Shown one piece after another: positions 58,582-64,000 of a stretch of DNA of 64,000 nucleotides; the first letter of the stretch is position 1, and each line of letters begins with the position of its first letter. Position numbers and translations under genes: made by a program. The notes under the pieces were generated by a model. It ran no database searches, had not been told where the DNA came from, and worked only from the letters and a program-made list of their open reading frames with translations. Source of the DNA: Emiliania huxleyi CCMP1516. Taxonomy: Eukaryota. Location of the stretch: NCBI RefSeq assembly GCF_000372725.1, contig NW_005201298.1, positions 311,393-375,392 of the forward strand, read 5' to 3'.

Positions 58582-60677
58582 CTACTGTCTCAGGGTGCCC
58601 ACGCAGCACGCAGAGAGCATGTCCTCGTTCACCCAAGCGTGGTGCTGTTGGAAGAGGGCTGTGGCGTCCGTGCCGGCCGCGTCGAGAAGCGCGTCCACAC
58701 CTCCCGGGTGGTACCGGAGGTAGGGCGAGACGTTGTACACCTTGCCGCGAACCGCCATCCACGAGTCCTCGGGCGTGGTGTGCGAGGCCACGTCGGCGAG
58801 TGACCACTTCGGCCACGCCTCCTCCTCCTCCTCGTCGAGCGGCCCGACTCCGCCGGTGAGGTCCGCGCCCCTGCTCAGCCGCAGCCACGCGGCCAGGCCG
58901 AAGCCGGGCTCGAGCACAACTTTGCCGCGAGCCTAATTAGTAGTTGATTAGTAGTGAATTAGTAGTGACTTAGTAGTGAATTAGTAGGGCTCGAACACAA
59001 CTTTGCCGCGAGCCTTCTCGAGCCGCCCAAGGCGCGGCGCTGCTTCTCCCAGCCTCGCCAGCTGCACAGCCTCGCACGCGATCCCTCCCGACGCGCACGC
59101 CGTCTGCCGCACGACCCGCCACGCGCCGGGCGGGTAGCGGCGCGACGCCTTGACCACCGCGGCGGCGACGCCTAACGTCGATGTTCACTAACGACTCCTT
59201 GATGGCTCATTCCCAACACCTCGACGGCCGCACCGCGGCCGACGCCTCCCGGCCCCGCGTTGCCGACGAGCAGGCAGCGGCCGCCGGGCCGGACGAGCAC
59301 CGCGAGGGCGGAGAGGAGGGCGCCGACGTCGAGCCGGGCGTGCAGCATCCTACTCATGCCATCTCGTGTGGTGGGTGGTGCTGCACCCCTCCCTGGGCGT
59401 CGAGCCGGGCGGTGCAGCGTCCCGGACGGCAGGCCGGCTACGCATCTCAGGAAGTGTCTAGGAAGTGTCTAGGAAGTGTCTAGGAGCTGTCCCGAACGGC
59501 AGGTCTAGGAAGTGTCTAGGAAGTGTCTAGGAGCTGTCCCGAACGGCAGGTCGGCGAGCACGCAGTCCACGCTCGCGCGAGGGAGGCCCACCTCTCCCCC
59601 CAGCCGCGCCTACTCCTCCGAGCGGCGCGTCACCGCGCGAGGGGCCGTGGAGACGGCACTCATTTCCCCCCCGCCCCGCGCCGCGTCGCCGCAGTGCACC
59701 GTCACCCTCCCGCGCAGGCGCGGCGCGGCGGCGGCGGCGTTTGCGCGCGCGGCGTCGCACGCCGCAGGGTCGAGGTCGACAGAGTGGGCGGTGACGGAGG
59801 CGAGGAGCGCCGCCTCGATGGCGAGGATGCCTGCGCGCGGCGCGAGGGCTGTGGAGAGAGAGTGAAGAGAGCTGTGGGGAGAGAGAGAGTGCGCAGGGGC
59901 GCGTGCCGACGCCGCCCGTCGGGTCGAGGAGAACCTCGCCGTCCGCCTACCGGGAGACGGCTCCGGGGAAGCGTCCGAGGGGGCGAGTCGAGGCGAGCAG
60001 GGCAGCACCTCGCCGCTCGCCGGCGCGAGGAGGCGGGCGAGCAGCGCGGCCCTGTGCGGCCGCATGTGCGCCCGCTCTCCGCGCACGAGCCACTGCCTCG
60101 GCTCCATCGGCAGCGGGTCTGACTTGCGGGGCGAAAAGGGAGGCAGCAGCGCGCCAATCAGGAGCGAGCGGTTGACGAGCAGCGCGAGGACGCACACGTC
60201 GGGGGCCTCGAGGTCGACCCGCCACGAGGGCTGCAGCGCGCTGACGGCTGCGCCGAGCGCGCTGCTCAGCGCGCGGCTGTCAAAGTCGTGCTGGCCGGCG
60301 CGGAGCGAAGCGATGCGGAAGGAGGGCGCGGAGGGGGGGAGAGGAGCGGCGTGCGCGGCGTGCGTGCGCATCGCCGACCGCCAGCGCTCCTCGCTCACGC
60401 TCCCAACGGCAGCGGCGAGAACGTCGCCATCCTCCACCTCGCACCGCACCACGACGGCGAGGGCCGCCTGCAGCACCGGCGCCGAGAGGGCGCGCGCAGC
60501 GAGCGGCTCTTGCCGGGACGCGACGAGGATGCCGAGGCCACCCGCCGAGCCAAACGACTCGCCCTTTCGGGCGGTCGGGGCGGGCAGCGCGCTGGCCCGC
60601 AGCCCGCACTCGCTCGCGAGGGCGTCGAGGGCGACAGACTCGAGGCCTGCCGTCGTGAGGAGGGCGTAGTCGTGCAT
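58582..60677 (-). CDS. THUMP-domain RNA methyltransferase (THUMPD2/3-like) fused in frame to a cytochrome b5-like heme domain
   Basis: SFRIASLRAGQHDFDS..LGAAV..WRVDLEAPD; DLD..AARANA; VLADLPFG; then WMAVRGKVYNVSPYLRYHPGG..AGTDAT. Confidence 0.75.
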
Positions 60678-61744
60678 TAGGACGACGGCAGCGAAAGCGG
60701 CGTCGCAGGCGAACGCCACGGGCGGTGACCGAGCGATATATAGCGCGCGAGAGGGCGCCCCAGCTTGGGCGCCGGGAGCAGGTGTATTCTTTTTTTGCTT
60801 GGGCGGCCCTGATGCTGAAATTCTGGAAAAACCTCCTGCGGTGCCCCTACCTACCTACCTACCTACCTACCCTACTTATGGGAAACTAAAAAAGAAATCA
60901 CCGGATGGGTGAAGGTGGGGTACTATACCAACTGAAGTGATGGTTGGTGGTACTCTCCTGCAACCACAGTCCTTCCTGTGACATAGGTAGGAATCCGCGC
61001 CCCCCCCGCAAGGCGCGCGATACACAATCCTATCTCTCTCCAGCCCGATGTGAGCAAAGACCTCTCGCGCGCGCGTGAACAGGGCGGGGAGTCGGGTGGG
61101 TCATCGGCGTAGCTAGACCTAGAGGCCCCATCACCGATGTCGTCGAGTGGGATGGTTGTACCTCCTCCGTTAATAACCACGTCGTCGCCCACGGTGCTGC
61201 TCTCCCCGTCGTCTGCGTCCGTTGGGATAGATGCGTCTTGCCACTCCGGAGCGCCGCAATCCCTCGCGCCGCTCCTGCCGAGGTCAGCTTGCTTATCGAC
61301 GTAGTCGTTCCACTTATGACCACTGTGCCCCAGACAGGCTCGATCGACACAGGTGCGGACTGGCGCGTGCTAGGGTCCGCAACGCCCACGGGGCATGCGA
61401 TTGCCTGGCCCTATCGCCAAACGGCTCTGCTCCTCCTCTTGTCTGGCGGCAATCGCAAACTGCGGCACAGGCCGCGTTGGCGCAGAGGAGGCGGCAAGCC
61501 GCAACGCGCCTACCCGTGGCATACCGCCGGATCGGGCCAAGACTAAGGCTGCAGGCGTCGGCCCCGGCTGCTGCGAGGGCCCTCCCGGTGAGGTGTCCAT
61601 CTTATGTGCAGTGGGGCTACAACTGTAGCGCGTCGGCAGGATCCCCAAAACCGTCGTAAACCCCCCAAAATTGAATTCGACCGCGCAAAGCTGTCCCCCC
61701 CCCCCCGCAAACTTTAAACCACCATAAACATCATTGTGCAGGGG

Positions 61745-62167
61745 CAGGGGGCGGCAGCGGGCGTAGACGCGCCGCGCGTGGCCAGGGCCCGACACCGGGT
61801 TGATCAGCACCAGCCACCGCTTCTGACGCGGCGGCGGCGCGTCGGGAGCCACGCCGTGCATGATATTCCACACCGCTGCTGCCCACCGCTCGGCCTGGCC
61901 GCCGTCGCGGCAGGGCATCCTGGCCTGAGAGGGCTCGCGGTGCGGAGAGCCGAGGCAGCCGCCGCCGTGCAGCGTCACGCAATGCAGCACCAGCTCGCTG
62001 CGCTCGGCGGAGGCACCGACGCAGTCGGCGAGCGCCACCGACTGCACGCGGCCTGTCGACGTCAGCGGCACGTACTGGACGACCTGCCACGACACGTCGA
62101 GCCGCCCGCCGCCCGTCTCCTCGCTCAGGAGAGCGGTGTTGCTGAGGAGGAGCTCCTCCGCGCTCAT
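61745..62167 (-). pseudogene. Sphingosine/ceramide kinase-like N-terminus, truncated at the start of the DAGK catalytic domain
   Basis: WAAAV..KRWLVLINPVSGPGHA, then an abrupt switch to non-coding-looking sequence. Confidence 0.65.
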
Positions 62168-62311
62168 TGAGTTGAGGTGCCGCAGCTTTGCGCGCAAGCT
62201 CTGATACAAGAAACGCGAACTGAAGAGAGAGAGGACGCGAGAATAGCTCCGCCGTTCATGGAGGCAACCGATGCGAGTCGACTGGTGTGTGTCGTCGTGG
62301 TTTCGTATCAA

Positions 62312-62343
<32 letters not shown>

Positions 62344-62349
62344 GCGAAC

Positions 62350-62497
62350 TGAACTGGAGTAGTCCCCTGCGCTCCCCGCTCCCGTTCCCCTGTGTCCCTG
62401 ATCGTCCTTACAAGATCCTGCTCGTGCAGGTGGGGACCTTGTCCTTCCCCCACCCCTCGTTTGGCGTGCCCGTTTTATCCACAGATTTATTTATTTA
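62350..62497 (+). mobile_element. Family A retroelement 3' end with (TTTA)n tail
   Basis: Matches 14562-14680 in reverse. Confidence 0.8.
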
Positions 62498-63341
62498 TGC
62501 AGTGACGTCATCCCTGACAAAACAAATCGCGCGCGCGTGAACAGGGCCGTGTGTGAGATGTGGATTGTGGCAGGCTGCTGCTGCTGATGGGAAGTGTGCT
62601 CTGTGTGTGGCGCTGCGCTGGCGTGCGACGCGCGCGTGCTGTGTACGTGTGCGTGTTGCGGTCGCGCGCGCGTCTGCGTGTGCTGCGCGCGCGCTGCCGG
62701 TGTGTGCACTGTGTGCTGTATTCTGTTGTGCGCCCTGTTTGTGCAGCTGGGAGGCGCAGGCTTGGCTGGCAGGGCTGCGCGGTGGGCTGCGGCGCGCTGC
62801 GGGTGTTCGTGCGCCTGCCTGGTGGTGTGCGGCGGCCGCGCAGCCCGCCCGACCGGGTCGTCGGCGGCCCAGGGCGCGGGCATGCGGTCTGCGCTGCATG
62901 TGAGGCTGTGTGCGCGGCTGGCGCGTATGTTTCCGTGCGGCGAGGGACGCGCGTATGTGTTCACGCTGCGGGCGCGGGCGGGCGCGGAGGGCGGCGCGGT
63001 CTCACCGCGGTCCGACGCCCGTTGGTTTTCTGCGTGACGAGGCGGGCGCGCAAAGTGGCCTTGCCGCCATCGCGTTGCCGAAGGAAAAAGAATCCCTCGC
63101 GAGACGTGCAGACAGGGTTGCCAGGTGAGAGCGAATGGCGCGGTTCACGCCTCGCACAACAGAGAGAGAGATGCGCTCTGCATGGTGGGACATGAAAGAG
63201 AGCGAGTACTTGGGCGAGTAGGCCGTGCGGTCGACGCTAGGGTTAGTGTTGTTTTTGTGTTACGAGTATATGTAGTGCCAGTCAGTCCCAACGCAGAATT
63301 CTTTTTGCGTGGTGTACCTGTGTTAGTGCCAGTGCGCGCCA

Positions 63342-63386
63342 AAAAAAAGAAAGAAAACAGACAACCCAAGGGAGGGATGGGAGGAC
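63342..63386 (-). mobile_element. 45-bp minimal retroposed unit (family D) inserted in the intergenic module
   Basis: TSD GCGCGCCA at 63334-63341 and 63387-63394. Confidence 0.8.
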
Positions 63387-63478
63387 GCGCGCCAGTCCCT
63401 GCCAACTTCCAATTTGTTGTGTGAATCGAGCTCACTAATTAGCAAAACAACACGTCTCGCGCGCGCGTGAACAGGGCC

Positions 63479-64000
63479 CATGTGCACAACGGACGCGTCG
63501 CACCCGTTCTCGCCTCCGCCGGAGACGAAGGGGCGGTGCGGCCCGCCGCGCACGCTGTCGTAGAGCAGTCGGGGAGGGCCCTCGACGCGCACGTCCGGCA
63601 TGCGCATCGCCCTCGTCTCCGCGCTGATGCGCTGCCCCATCTCCTGCTGCGAGCCGAGGGCGGCCTTCACGATGAGCAGCTGCACGCGGCTCCCGCCCGA
63701 GCCGGAGATGCGGTGCGCGTACCGGCCGCCGATCGGGTAGGACGGGTCCTCCGCAAGGTAGATGCCCTGGCCGTAAAAGCCGCCGTTCGAGAAGCGCGGG
63801 TCGAGCCCGTTCTGATGCGCGAGCACATCCTCCGCCGCCCGCTCCGCCGTGCCGTGGAAGAGGAGCATCTCGTTGCTGACGTCGCCGCCGGCGCAAGTGT
63901 GGACGAGCTGGTCGTCGCGATAGTTGGCGTACGCGCGCCACAGCAGCTTGTTCTGCACGCGCTGCACGCGGCTCAGCTTTGCGCTCGGGCAGCTCCGCGC
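63479..64000 (-). CDS. PARP catalytic-like domain (mono-ART type); starts beyond the window, C-terminus appears truncated
   Basis: QRVQNKLLW..Y; NEMLLFHGT; GFYGQGIYLA; YDSV; the final YP.Y strand is missing. Confidence 0.8.

Overview
High-GC eukaryotic nuclear DNA with two assembly gaps. It has short GC-AG/GT-AG introns filled with 10-11-mer tandem repeats, a style most consistent with the haptophyte Emiliania (Gephyrocapsa) huxleyi (inference). About 22 genes or gene relics are recognisable. They include xanthine dehydrogenase/aldehyde oxidase, Mpv17/PMP22, a RanBD protein, an SLC35A nucleotide-sugar transporter, an Orai-like membrane protein, endonuclease G, F-box/RCC1, SET, PP4R3/SMEK-like, cathepsin Z, WW-RhoGEF-PH, PAP-fibrillin, a THUMP-methyltransferase/cytochrome b5 fusion, and truncated sphingosine-kinase-like, CRAL-TRIO/PH and PARP-like genes. 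Intergenic space is packed with 5'-truncated non-LTR retrotransposon ends (four relics with a restriction-like endonuclease domain) and non-autonomous TIR elements with readable TSDs. Main observations: (1) many 66-82-nt introns begin with a copy of the start of the next exon followed by filler, often 10-11-mer repeats, suggesting an active duplication-plus-filler route of intron creation; (2) a recurrent AAAAGAATT...CACTGGCAC...GACTGGCGCG intergenic module is repeatedly hit by retroelements; (3) two retroelement 3' ends lie head-to-head inside a single TSD, within a four-level nested insertion. All protein calls come from motif recognition by eye, with no database searches, and exon boundaries are approximate.
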